NCBI GenBank assembly: GCA_001643675.2
Contig: LSRY02000043.1
Location: forward strand, 434,001 to 498,000
Reading direction: 5' to 3'
Origin: Monocercomonoides exilis PA203
Taxonomy: Eukaryota; Protista; Preaxostyla
Length of the DNA stretch: 64,000 nucleotides
Under the pieces are notes generated by a model. The model had not been told where the DNA came from. It saw only the letters and a program-made list of their open reading frames with translations, and made no database searches. Positions 21,637 through 33,142 of this stretch are shown piece by piece. The position numbers were made by a program, and so were the translations under genes. How positions within the stretch are numbered: the stretch's first letter is position 1; each line of letters opens with the position of its first letter.

Positions 21637-24633
21637 TCAAATTTTCTCTTCCTTAATTTCACTGTATTGTCTTCGCTTTTTAAATCTAACTAAGCACAGA
21701 ATCATCACAATCACGACCACAACAGCAACAACTGCAAAAGCACTCACTGAAACAACGATTGCAACAAGCTGTGCTTTTGTCAGTTTCGTTGGATCATTTC
21801 CTTTTGGATCGTCTTTCTTCTGCTTCACCAAAATCACATTTGCCGTGTGTTTCTTTTCTCCATTTTCAATTCCACTTGAATAAGTTAAGCGACAGATAAC
21901 CGACGTATAATCATCAACGTCCAATAAAGATGAAGGAATCCTCACTTTCATCTCTGTTTCATTCGTGTACTCAATCACTGGACAATTTGTCCACGTTATT
22001 TCTGTTCTTTTCTTTTTTTTCGCAGCTTCAAAAGTCAATTCACAAGGAAATAGATAGGAACCATGAATAACAGCTTCAATATCTTTTTCATTTTCATTTT
22101 TGCTTTGGAGTTCATTCTTATTATTCGTTTCTTCTCTTTTGAGTGTCACGTTCTTCAAAATTGGTGTAAAGAAATATGAATCCATGTTCTCAGCTGCTGT
22201 TCCAACCACTCTATCGGCTGAAAGCAATCCAAAAGGCTTTCCATCTAATCCATCGCTTCCAACTGATAAAGATTGCAACTCAATAAAATTTCCGTTTCCT
22301 CCCCTCATTCGATTTATGATGTTGTGATGCAAAGAGGGAAAATTTTCCCAACCAGCGTCAATAGGATGATTATTAATGAAGCTAGAGTTAATCAAGCATA
22401 TCGTTGAAAAAAAAGTTAGAATCACTCCATCACTGATTCCAATAAATGAGCTGTCTTTTATATCTAACCCACGCACACTTTCCAAAAAAATAAGTCCAGA
22501 ATCCCAAGAGCATAACTTGTTTTCCTCTTCATTCATTCGATCTATTCTCTCCTCTTTAAAACAACCTTCCATTGCAGAGGATCTCTTGCTATCTTCATCG
22601 CTTGTATGTTGACATTTCTTTGTAATATTTCCATTCCTTCCGTAGATAACAAGTTGTGAAAAATCTGCGTCGAAATTATAGCATTTAATCAGCTTATATG
22701 GAAGAAGTTTTCCTTCCCCTCCTATCACGTTTTCACCACATAAGTCAGTGCTCCAAGGTCTTAAGATGACGTCTATAAGAGATAAACTATATCCTCCACC
22801 AAATATGTTTAGCGCATCTCCTTCTACAGCATCTGGATATTCAATGTCAATGTGCTGAAACCTTAGAAAGGTATTTATTTCACCGAACACTGCAATCGAC
22901 TTCCCAGCTTCCATATTTGCTCCAATTCGAAGTGTTCCTCGACTTGGATCTGTGGCTGTCAATGGGATTGAAAAAGCATCTGAACTCGACGAAACAGTTA
23001 CATACTGAAAATCAACCAGTGGCTCGTCAACAGGCACTCTTTTAATGATGTTCAGTTTCAAAATATTAAATCTTAGATTATGTTTGGTGGATGTGCTTAT
23101 CAAATCGCATGGCTCTTCTTTTCGCCCACATGTTTTATCATCGATTGCACTTTCACCTCCAACGTAAATATTTTCTGAACGGTACGGTAATATATTCTCT
23201 TTATCTACCATCACATCAATTATTCTCCCTTCTCTCCTGTCTTCCAACAAAATGTAATTAGGTTTATAGTAAATCCCTTCCATCTCAAATATAAATTGAT
23301 CTTCATTGATCTGCTCTCTTCCGGCTGGAAATGACATGTAAATGTATTCCCCTTTCTCAGCTGCACAGCCTGAAATACTCAACCCATCAATTTTCAAGTC
23401 CAGTGATTCAGCTGCATCATTCGCAACTTGGATAAACAGAGCTCCTCCTTTTGACTCATCATTTTGACGTTCGTTCCTTTTGTTTGTGTTTTCATTTGCA
23501 CTTTTGCACGAGCAATTCGAAAAATTACATCTGCTAAATGAACAAAAATCCTTGCAATTCTTTATTTCCAAATAAATAGCTCCTCCTAATTTGTGATTTG
23601 TTGACCAGCAATTTGTAAACTTACACATTGTAAATTCTGTTGATGAGCACCCGTCAATTATTGTTACAACGGACTGTGTATCGCTTTTTGTTGTGATTGA
23701 ATCCAAAGTAATATTATTCGCATAGACAGTCTCAGAAGCTTCAGCAAGAATTAATGCATTGTAAGATACAAAATGTGAAATATAATCATATTGAAATATC
23801 AATTCTCCAAAATAGCATTCAATAAGAACACAATATAACTCATTTTCAGGAGTAGTATTGCTGATGTTAGAAAAACTTAATCGGAAAACAGATTCCACTC
23901 CTTCCAAAACGATGAATCCTTGATTTCTTCCACTTTCTCGTTTTGTATCAACATAAATGAAGGCTCTGTCCAAGTAAATTTGTCCATTTCCCTTAACATT
24001 GAACAAGCACTCACCATTTTTAACTTTCTTTTCATCTAAAGCAGTCGTTATAGGGAAAATAAGTCCGTATCTGTTTTTCAGTTCAACGCGGCATCCTCCA
24101 AATGTAATCGGCTCAGAGTCGTAACTGTTGGAGCTTTGAGCACAATAAATTGAAATTGTTCTTTTTGGTTTGCAGTACTCAACCGCTTTCTTTATGGTTT
24201 TGCATGGTGGATTCTCTGATAGGCCACATTTTTCGCTATCAATCCCTTTTTCTCCGTCCACATTCACATCAATTTCATCGTTACTTATCCTTTCTTTAAA
24301 AATCATTTTGTTGTACGATTTTGTTGAATATTTTCTGTTTCTTTGAGAGCTGAAATCGTCCAAATTCAAAAAGGAGTTTTTATATGAAACATCTTCAAGC
24401 TCCTTTTCATTCTCCTTGCGTTTGCGATTTTCTGCTTCTTCAATAACATTATTTTGTTCTTGGGCACATGTAATTATGAATGGGCTTTGATATCCTGTGC
24501 ATTCAGTTATACAATCAATATTTTTTGCGGGAAATGCTTCTTCTTTTTTTCTGTTTGGTAATCTTTCATCTCCTTGCCCAACGATGCGTTCGCTATTGCA
24601 CATACAACACAGAACGCTCACGAACAAAAACAT
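21637..24633 (-). CDS. Single-pass type I surface protein of the receptor family, lacking the kinase-like domain (998 aa)
   Basis: Signal-peptide-like N-terminus, two G-x-D-x3-CG-x4-PC modules (one with A for the first G) and GGAI/GGAL beta-helix-like motifs. The juxtamembrane region is homologous to that of the 40189 gene (LCSWDSG, FINN, FFTPIL). TM LVAIVVSV...LCLV is followed by the short tail RFKKRRQYSEIKEEKI. Confidence 0.85.
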   Translation of the reverse strand: MFLFVSVLCCMCNSERIVGQGDERLPNRKKEEAFPAKNIDCITECTGYQSPFIITCAQEQNNVIEEAENRKRKENEKELEDVSYKNSFLNLDDFSSQRNRKYSTKSYNKMIFKERISNDEIDVNVDGEKGIDSEKCGLSENPPCKTIKKAVEYCKPKRTISIYCAQSSNSYDSEPITFGGCRVELKNRYGLIFPITTALDEKKVKNGECLFNVKGNGQIYLDRAFIYVDTKRESGRNQGFIVLEGVESVFRLSFSNISNTTPENELYCVLIECYFGELIFQYDYISHFVSYNALILAEASETVYANNITLDSITTKSDTQSVVTIIDGCSSTEFTMCKFTNCWSTNHKLGGAIYLEIKNCKDFCSFSRCNFSNCSCKSANENTNKRNERQNDESKGGALFIQVANDAAESLDLKIDGLSISGCAAEKGEYIYMSFPAGREQINEDQFIFEMEGIYYKPNYILLEDRREGRIIDVMVDKENILPYRSENIYVGGESAIDDKTCGRKEEPCDLISTSTKHNLRFNILKLNIIKRVPVDEPLVDFQYVTVSSSSDAFSIPLTATDPSRGTLRIGANMEAGKSIAVFGEINTFLRFQHIDIEYPDAVEGDALNIFGGGYSLSLIDVILRPWSTDLCGENVIGGEGKLLPYKLIKCYNFDADFSQLVIYGRNGNITKKCQHTSDEDSKRSSAMEGCFKEERIDRMNEEENKLCSWDSGLIFLESVRGLDIKDSSFIGISDGVILTFFSTICLINSSFINNHPIDAGWENFPSLHHNIINRMRGGNGNFIELQSLSVGSDGLDGKPFGLLSADRVVGTAAENMDSYFFTPILKNVTLKREETNNKNELQSKNENEKDIEAVIHGSYLFPCELTFEAAKKKKRTEITWTNCPVIEYTNETEMKVRIPSSLLDVDDYTSVICRLTYSSGIENGEKKHTANVILVKQKKDDPKGNDPTKLTKAQLVAIVVSVSAFAVVAVVVVIVMILCLVRFKKRRQYSEIKEEKI

Positions 24634-25500
24634 AGTTAATATGAGAGTTAAACAAAATTTAACTTGATCTTGGCCATAATTTTACACATTCGTCATTCAA
24701 AAAAAAAAAAAAAATCTTTCTGCTCTAAACAGAATATTGAAAAAAGTCCTTTTACAGAAACTCACTGATATAGACTAAACGAATAGGTTTTGATTTGAAA
24801 AACTGTTTGAAACATGATAATTCAACATGGCATGCACATAATTTTTATCAACAAATTTGTTTGAAACTATTCTTTCTAATACAGCGACCAAAAACAACAT
24901 TTAATTGCATAATTTATCCACTGTTTAAATATATGAAGGATCCTTAGAACCAAAGTGTGAGAATCTTTGATGAAAGAATCCCACCATTGGATGTTTCAGA
25001 GCGGACGAAGGAAATTATAGAAATATTTTCAGCTGTTGATATCGAAGATTGATTGATGAGAAGCGAATGGTGTGTTGTTTGCAGACCTTAATAAATCTTC
25101 TTTATTCAATAATTATCAACAATAAAGATAATCGGACTTTTCGAATGGATTTAATTTGTGAAATGTTTTATTTTTTTTCACTTTTTAGTGGGAATTCAAT
25201 GTTTTGCATTACAATTGTGGTGTATTATTTTTATGAAATTTGTTTTCATTTTCAAATGGTTATACTGTTCAGTTTTTACAACTTAGTTGATTTTGGGGAA
25301 AAAAAATAATATTTCCGAAGAATTTTTTTCACAAGATTATTCTGCAAGTCATTTTGATTCATCCAAAAAAGGAAATTTTGAAATCATATTCTAATCAAAA
25401 TATAATCCGTTTTTCTAAAAGAATTCCTCAAACTTGTCTTAATGATTTTAACCCAATATCAAATTTTGTCATTGAATAAATATTCCGATAAGGTTTTTCG

Positions 25501-26426
25501 ATGAAGAACCATGCAAAACATAATGATTACATTAAATTTGATGATAAAAATTTGAGTAACACTGAAGATGTTGGATTTATAAAGAAATGCTTTTCTCTTG
25601 CACATTTTTTTGTGATATATAATGTGAAACATATAAAACAGCACTTTTGCAGTTATATATGGGGATTATTGAGGTCTTTATTTTAGAAAATAAAATTTTT
25701 TGCTTTACTAACATATTTTTAATTTCGTTAAGCGTTCTACTCGTTTGCATGGCAACTTCTGTGGTTATTTCCATAAGCACCAAATTTGCAATGATTATTC
25801 TCATGATGGCTGAAAACACAGCAGGAGAAATTGACATGCAAGTGTCTCCTGGGTCGTGGACTGATCAATATGGATTTAATGCGACAAAGGCACAATTTAT
25901 CCTCGACAATTTAGGACATGACGTGTGCATCGTGCTTTGTCTTATCTATTAATTTGGAATCCTTCGCATTTTACATTTATTTTATATAGTATAATAAGTT
26001 TTCGCCCAGGATCGATTTTTATTGCAATGCTTGGAATGAAGTGAGGTTGAGAGGATTTTGTTTTTTAGAAAGAAATTAAATTTTATTTTAAATATTCTGA
26101 TCAATTTTTAACAAAATCAGCAAAGATAAAGTGTACTCAATATATGCTAGTATAATCGCAATCGATTCTGCCAAGGAGGTAATGACTTTTTTGTTCAGTT
26201 TTTATTAGAATTATAAAAATTATAAACAACTCCCCTTCAACTAATGAATAGTCCGAATTGCAAATTGGTAGGAGTTGGACAATTAAAAGAATACCTCAAG
26301 GACAAATCGTTTTGACAAGTGAAGTTGCTAATGCTCTTCGGGTTTGTTGTTTATTTTGTTTTACAAGTATTTTGAAACAATCACATTTTCTAAACAAAAT
26401 TCAATTCTTTTTAATTGTTATCTTTT

Positions 26427-26470
<44 letters not shown>

Positions 26471-27378
26471 TTGCCCGCGGATGTCACTTCATATTGAAAC
26501 CAACAGATATCAGTCGGAGAAACTATCAACATTACACTCGATGGAACACGCTTTTCTCCGATTGCAGCTGACATTGGAAAGCATTTGGCTCCTGCAGCAA
26601 TGAATTACATAGCAAAATCGCTCTCACAACTAAATGTTTCGTTGAGAGTTTATGATGTTTGCAGAATTGAAACTTTAGGAATTTTTATTTTTTTAATATA
26701 TTGCATTCATTTCTATCATTAAATATTTCATTCATTCTTTTCAAAAACCTTTTTTATTTGCTTTTTCATTTAATTTTTCATATCATTACACATTCGATTT
26801 ATTTTTTATTTCTTATTTTTTCCCCTTTGTAATATTTTTCCTTTCATCAACCAGATTGTGAGTGCTGATAATCACAAAATAGCTGGCTGGGATCACATGT
26901 TCGTTGAGCTGGATACATTCTGGGAAACAGTTTGAGAATTTATTTATTTATTTATTTCTATCAAATTTTTTGTAATTTATGTTTCCAACTTCATTTTGAC
27001 ATATTTCTATTACCGATTTTCGATTATTCTGTTTATAACAAATGATTGTTCCATCATTATTTAAATATGCAATTTTTGTTTCGTATTTTTTTGTTTCAAA
27101 ACTTTTTTATTTATTTTTTTATCTTCTTTCTCACTCCCTCTCTTATAAATTTATTATCGTTTTTTTCCCCCGAAAGGTTGTTTCTTCATTCAAAAAGGAT
27201 GTGCTTATCTACATCCCTCGCAATAAGTGGCTCGATGCCTCGCTTGTTGAATATGCCACGTCTTTGGTGTTTGTATACAAACTACCGAGGCAGGCTGCAT
27301 ACAACACATTGGACTCTGATGAATTGAAGAAGTGTGAAATTGAGAGAGAAAGAGAGAGAGAGAGAGAAAGAGAAAGAT

Positions 27379-27419
<41 letters not shown>

Positions 27420-27436
27420 GAGAAAGAGAGAGAGAG

Positions 27437-27505
<69 letters not shown>

Positions 27506-27518
27506 AGAGAGAGAGAGA

Positions 27519-27566
<48 letters not shown>

Positions 27567-27653
27567 AAGAGAGAGAGAGAAGGAGAGAGAAAGGGAAAAG
27601 GAAAGGAAAAGGAAAAGGGAAATGGAAATGGAAACGGAAAGAGAAAGAGAGAA

Positions 27654-27745
<92 letters not shown>

Positions 27746-30700
27746 GAATGCAATGGGGATGTAGAAAATATTACGAAAAGAAAAGAAAGAGAAAAGAAAA
27801 TTTCTTTATAAACGAGTAAATGATCCAATAAAGAAATCAAAAAATTGAGTTTCATTTTCGTAAAACCTTTTTTTAAAAAATAATAATAATGCTTCATTTT
27901 CTTTTCAACTTTATTAATTTCCTTCTTCTTCACAATCCATTCTATTCTATTCTATTCTATTCTGTTCTATTTTAATTTTTTATTCACCCAGAAAAATCAT
28001 GAGCTGGGCGTCCCCCATCATCTATAGCCTCTCCTTCTCTGAGCTCAGCGTCACCTTGCCCATCGCAGCCGCCTACAGCAACTACTCGATGATGGGCATG
28101 TTTGTCAACATGATTGCCCTCATCATCATCGCTGCTCTGTCCGGCATCTCCATCCTCCTCGTCTACTCCCTCTTGCAGATCTCTGTGGACTCCCGTGTGT
28201 TCGACATAGGCATCATGCGCATGGTTGGGTCAACCCGTTTCAAGATCGTCTGCCTCATCATCACACAGACGTTGCTGTATGCAGTACCGGGCTGGGGGCT
28301 TGGGGTGGGCGCAGGGTGCGGAATGAACGTGTTTGCCGTGCGCATCCTCACAAGAGAGACAGGAGTGCCTGTAGAGTTGACAATGCCGCTGTCTGCTGTG
28401 ATGTTTTCACTCTTCATTTCTCTCTTTGTGACGCTTATTGCTGCCATCTTCCCCATCCGCTCGGCCCTCAAGCGCAACCTCCACGACGCCATTGATGTGA
28501 CCCACCGCGTCAACAAGTCAGTCAAAGTGTCCATCGAACGCAGCGACGACTTCAAAAACTCTTCGTCGTATTCGATGCTCTCTTGTGGAATGCTGCTGGC
28601 TGGCATTGGGGTGGGCATGTACATCCTCTTGCCCCAGGCGTTGCTGGCGATGAACGTCACCCTTCTTGCTGTGCTGTTCTTCTCCATGCTGTTCATGATC
28701 CTCCTTGCCTGTGTGGTGCTGTGCATCAACTTCGAGCACGTGTTAGAGAGAGTCATAGCAGGTGTCTTCTTCTTCTGGGAGACACGCTCCATCCGCACTT
28801 TGTCTGTGAAGAACCTCGGGGCACACCGCCAGCGTAACCGCAAGACGACGCTGCTGTTTGCCGACTCGCTGGCGTTCATCGTGTTCATCGACATCGCCGC
28901 AAATGTGGTCGGGAAGACGCTGCAGATGGGCATATTTATGAAACATGGGGCAGATCTGCACCTGAATGCAGCGAAGACACAGTCGATTCAGAGCTCCATG
29001 CGAAGCATTCCGCGGGAGGACGAGGTGGATCCGTATGTACCGCGGGCAATCAGCATCCGCTACATCACAAACATGTGCTATTTGGAGGAAGTGCTGGAGG
29101 ACTTTGACGATGTGGTGGCATCGCACTCGTTTGTGTCGCATTCACTGCAGGACTTGCACACACAGTATGTTCGTGTGCAAGTAGCGAATAGAGGCAGATC
29201 ACATGCGTTCTTCTACCGCCTCTTTGCTGCCACTCCCACGTTCTTTGACGGGATAACTAACAGTGAGTATATGCACTTCTCAGCCACACGCAAAGTCGGT
29301 CTGGATCCTGTGGGCATGCTCTATGCAGATTTGGGCGAGCCAGCACAGACTGTGTTCTCGTCGGGCTTCGAAAAGGCGATGAGCGCAAAGATCGACGAGA
29401 CACACCTGCTGAATGTTGTGCCGGCAATCACTGCAGCTAGCTCTCTTTCTTCAAGAAGGCAGCCATCTGGGTTTGGCAACACGTATCTGAGCAATGCCAT
29501 TGATAGAGTGAACGTGACCGCCGCGGCGTTTGCAACGAGCATCCCGTTTTTTGAGATGCCGACGCAGATGAAGAACCAGGTGAATGCAGATCTGCCCCTT
29601 TCAGCACCGTTTTTCGCGAGTCTGCTGCCCGCGGGTGCTAATTTATATCAGAACATTCGATGGAACCACTTGTTTATTCGGTTCTTTCCCAATGCCACAG
29701 ACGAAAGAAAGTCGCAGCTGTACAACACTTTGCAGATTGTGACTGACACGATGCACCCGGATTACAAGAAGAAGAACAAGAACGAGACGAACTGTGGAGA
29801 TCCGCTGAAAGGGTACGGGTGGTGGACGAATTGGGACGGAGGGGAGAAGGGAGGGAAGAGAAGCAATGGAAAAGAGGATGTGCAAATTGATGATGTTGTT
29901 GATGATGGTGAAGAGAAAGATGCAGGCGATTCTCCAAGTGGAAATAAATCTTCACAAAGAAACACTCAAAGAAGGATTAATTACAGCAATTCAATCAAGC
30001 ATTCATTAAATAATAAGTTCAATCACGCAAGTGATTCAAGTTTTTCTCATATTTCTAATCAATTCTCCTCCTCATCTTCTTCTTTGCAAGAACATCTTTC
30101 TATTCATTCAAATCATTCAATTGATTCTTCTTCTCTTTCTTCTTCTCTTTCTTCTTCTCTTTCTTCTTCTCTTTCTTCTTCTCTTTCTTCTTCTTCTGAC
30201 TTATCCACTTCATCCTTCACCAGTTCACTTTCACAGTCTGAACAAATTTCCACTTCGAATGAAGAAGATCCCGATGATGATGACCCCACAAAGGGGAACC
30301 GATACAACCTGTGGAGCTACCAGCGGTCGATGGAAGGCTTTGGGAAGGCGATGTCGATGCTGTCTATTGTCTTCACAGCTGTTGGTGCGATTGTCGAGTT
30401 ACTCTGCTTCTTCTCGCTGATGGCGTCGATGCACACTAACATTTTAGAGCAGAAGAAAGAGATCGGTCTTATGCGAGCGATGGGTGTGACGTCGTTTCAG
30501 CTGGTGCGTGTGTATGTGGAGGAGGCGTTTATCATCGTGATGACTGCTTCTTTCATCGGCACTTTGTGCGGGCTTGTTGTTGGATACCTGCTTTTGTCGC
30601 AAGTGGCGATGATTCAGGGGCTGGCTGTGCCTCTGTATTTCCCCTGGCAGCTGGTGATGGTAATGATCCTGATGGCAATTGTGACAGCCATCTTGTCAGC

Positions 30701-30761
30701 AGCCGTGCCGACTCTTTCAATCACCCTGAGGCCGATTGTGAATGCACTGAGATTTATGTGA
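25501..30761 (+). CDS. FtsX/MacB-like (type VII ABC) permease family protein, multi-exon
   Basis: Two FtsX domains (SVDSRVFDIGIMRMVGSTR and ILEQKKEIGLMRAMGVT...YVEEA) and an N-terminal MAENTAGEIDM motif. Introns 25674-25732 and 27332-27991 keep the frame. Several small exons between 25.9 and 27.3 kb were not resolved exactly, and the start codon is uncertain. Confidence 0.8.
26426..26470 (+). repeat. (CTTT)n microsatellite, intronic
   Basis: Read directly. Confidence 0.85.
27342..27745 (+). repeat. Imperfect (AG)n polypurine microsatellite inside the 660-bp intron
   Basis: Read directly; it lies between donor 27332 and acceptor 27991. Confidence 0.9.
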
Positions 30762-30886
30762 GTGCAAAAGGAAAAAATAAAAAATAAATAAAAAAGATTT
30801 TTTTTTTTTTGAAATTAATTTAAAAATACATTAGACAAAGCCAGTTGTTTTCCATATTTTATTTTGGGTTCTTTTTTTGAATTGTA

Positions 30887-30917
<31 letters not shown>

Positions 30918-32024
30918 GAAAAAAGAAAACAAAACTTATTTTTTTTTTTTTTTTTTTACCAATTTGAATACGCTTAGTTTATTATTTCATTGTTGGTAGA
31001 GCTTTTGAATTTTAGTTATTTCAATTTAACATTAATGAGTAAATTAGATTTTTGTTAATAATTGTCTAGAATTTTTGAATTTTGATTGAGACTTCTCTTT
31101 TTCCAACAATTTTCTTGTAAATTGACCTCAAAATATTATTTTTTTCCCCCGAAAGTAGTTTTTGTGTTTTCATTTCTGATCCTTTCTTTTATTTTTCCTT
31201 ATTTTCTTCATGATTCATTTTATTTATTTGTTTATTTTTTAAAACATATTTCTTTGTTTGAGAAAGATTTTAATATTTTGATTTAAAATTACAATTGAAG
31301 GAGCAATATTTTTCACAATAGTGGAATATAATTTTGGAAACATTTTCCAATTCATAAGAAATGCTTTTTTTTATAGCGAAATTGTTTGAACAACATTGTT
31401 GTTCTCTTTTTGTTTCTGATTTTCTTTTCTTTCTTTCTTTTTTTTTTCTCTTTATGTTCCTTGTGCCAACAACAGCATTTTTGTATTTTCAGAAATGATT
31501 TTGAAAGTGTTTTTTGTATTTTTTAAAGACATAACCAATTCCAAAACCAGTCGACCAATTTAACCTTTAATAGAACCAACAAGCGATGAAGAAAATTTCC
31601 TTTTCGATATTTTGAAGGATTCAAATGAATCGAAATCACAAACATTTTTCCTGACAATTCAATGCTCCAAAAAACAAATAATTTATAATTGATTCAATAA
31701 GACTTTTGAGTGTGGTTGGAGGAATGCTTTCATGTCGTAGTAATTTTCTCTATGAAAAATGCTTTTGAATTAATCTTATGGACATCTTGTCTCGTTATTT
31801 TTCAATTTTGCAAATGTGAAAATTGCGATTTTAATTGAGTGTAAATTTTCAAAAAAGTTATAGATTCATTCCAAAGGAAAAAAAAAGTCTTACTGTTTGA
31901 CAGAATAGATTAAAGTTTGTAAGTTTTATAAACGAACGAATGGATGTATATTCATGTTTTTCGAAGTTTTGATTTTTTTTGAAGAAATAATGTCTTTGTT
32001 ATATTAATGTTATTCTTTTGATAG

Positions 32025-32058
<34 letters not shown>

Positions 32059-33142
32059 GTCTATGTTAAAATAATAATTTTTATAATTATATGTTCGTTT
32101 ATCTTTCACAACATAATTTTCTAAACAATTGAACCCTTATTGATAATTTTTCATGATCAAATCACAATATTTTTTATGATATGGGACAAAATATAACAAT
32201 TTTTTGTAAATACTTCCACCAAATAACTATTTGAGTTTCTATCTTTATTCAAGAATATTTATGTTTATTTTTTATTAATTTTTTACGCAATAATGATAGA
32301 CTTGTTTCATTAAAAAGCAGAACATGTTTGATACAAACAGTAATCATTCTTCAAAAATGCATAAATAGCCTCCAAATCACAAAAAAATCATTCATATCTT
32401 TGAAATAACAAAAAATGATTTTTCATAATCAACCTTTAATATTGATGAAAAATAATGGAAATTCACATATCAATCATTCGCAAATGAAAATAAAAAAATT
32501 CGTTCTTCAATGTGATTCCATTTTTCAGATGGATTACATGTAAAATTATGTTAAAATATTTTGAATTGTTCACAAAAAATAATGACCATAATATTTTAAA
32601 TTGAGCAGATTTTTTGTTAATCAGTTTCACATATTTACAAATACGTTCATTTATGTGATGACGCATTAATAACAAAATGAATCAAATATCTGCATTCATT
32701 GTTGAAAGAAAAACAGCGTTCACGTTTTGTGAAGAATCATTTTATTGTTTTGAAAGCACTTTCGTCGTCATCTCGAACTTTTATGTTCCAAACTTCGAAT
32801 TTTAGATGTTCCATACATTGCAAATTGCTTCGATGTTGAAATTGTCATTTTAAAATGTTTATATTTGTTGTTCTGTATTCTTCTGAACAATCGACTTTTA
32901 CTCTCGGATATTTTTGATAACAGCTTTCACAAAATTTATGAAAGATATTATTAAAAATTATCTTTGCTACGGCGCATATTTATTCTTGTCATTTAGAAAT
33001 CGTTACAATTCCTGCTTTCATCTGATTCATTGAAGAATTGTTTCAGAATAAATTTGAATTTATCCTTTCTTCCGCAAGGAAATTGAAATTTACACTTTAT
33101 AAAAGGGAAAATCTTGTTTTATCACTTGAAAATTAACTCATT

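Noticed and set aside
28163-28933. Long antisense ORFs (also 6137-7003, 10913-11689, 50868-51662, 61327-62001)
   Set aside because: Shadow frames opposite real or formerly real coding sequence, with no independent motifs.
31300-31900. Possible decayed minus-strand coding fragment (similar weak signal at 24933-25090 on the + strand)
   Set aside because: It looks coding-like but has many stops and no recognisable motif, so it cannot be assigned.
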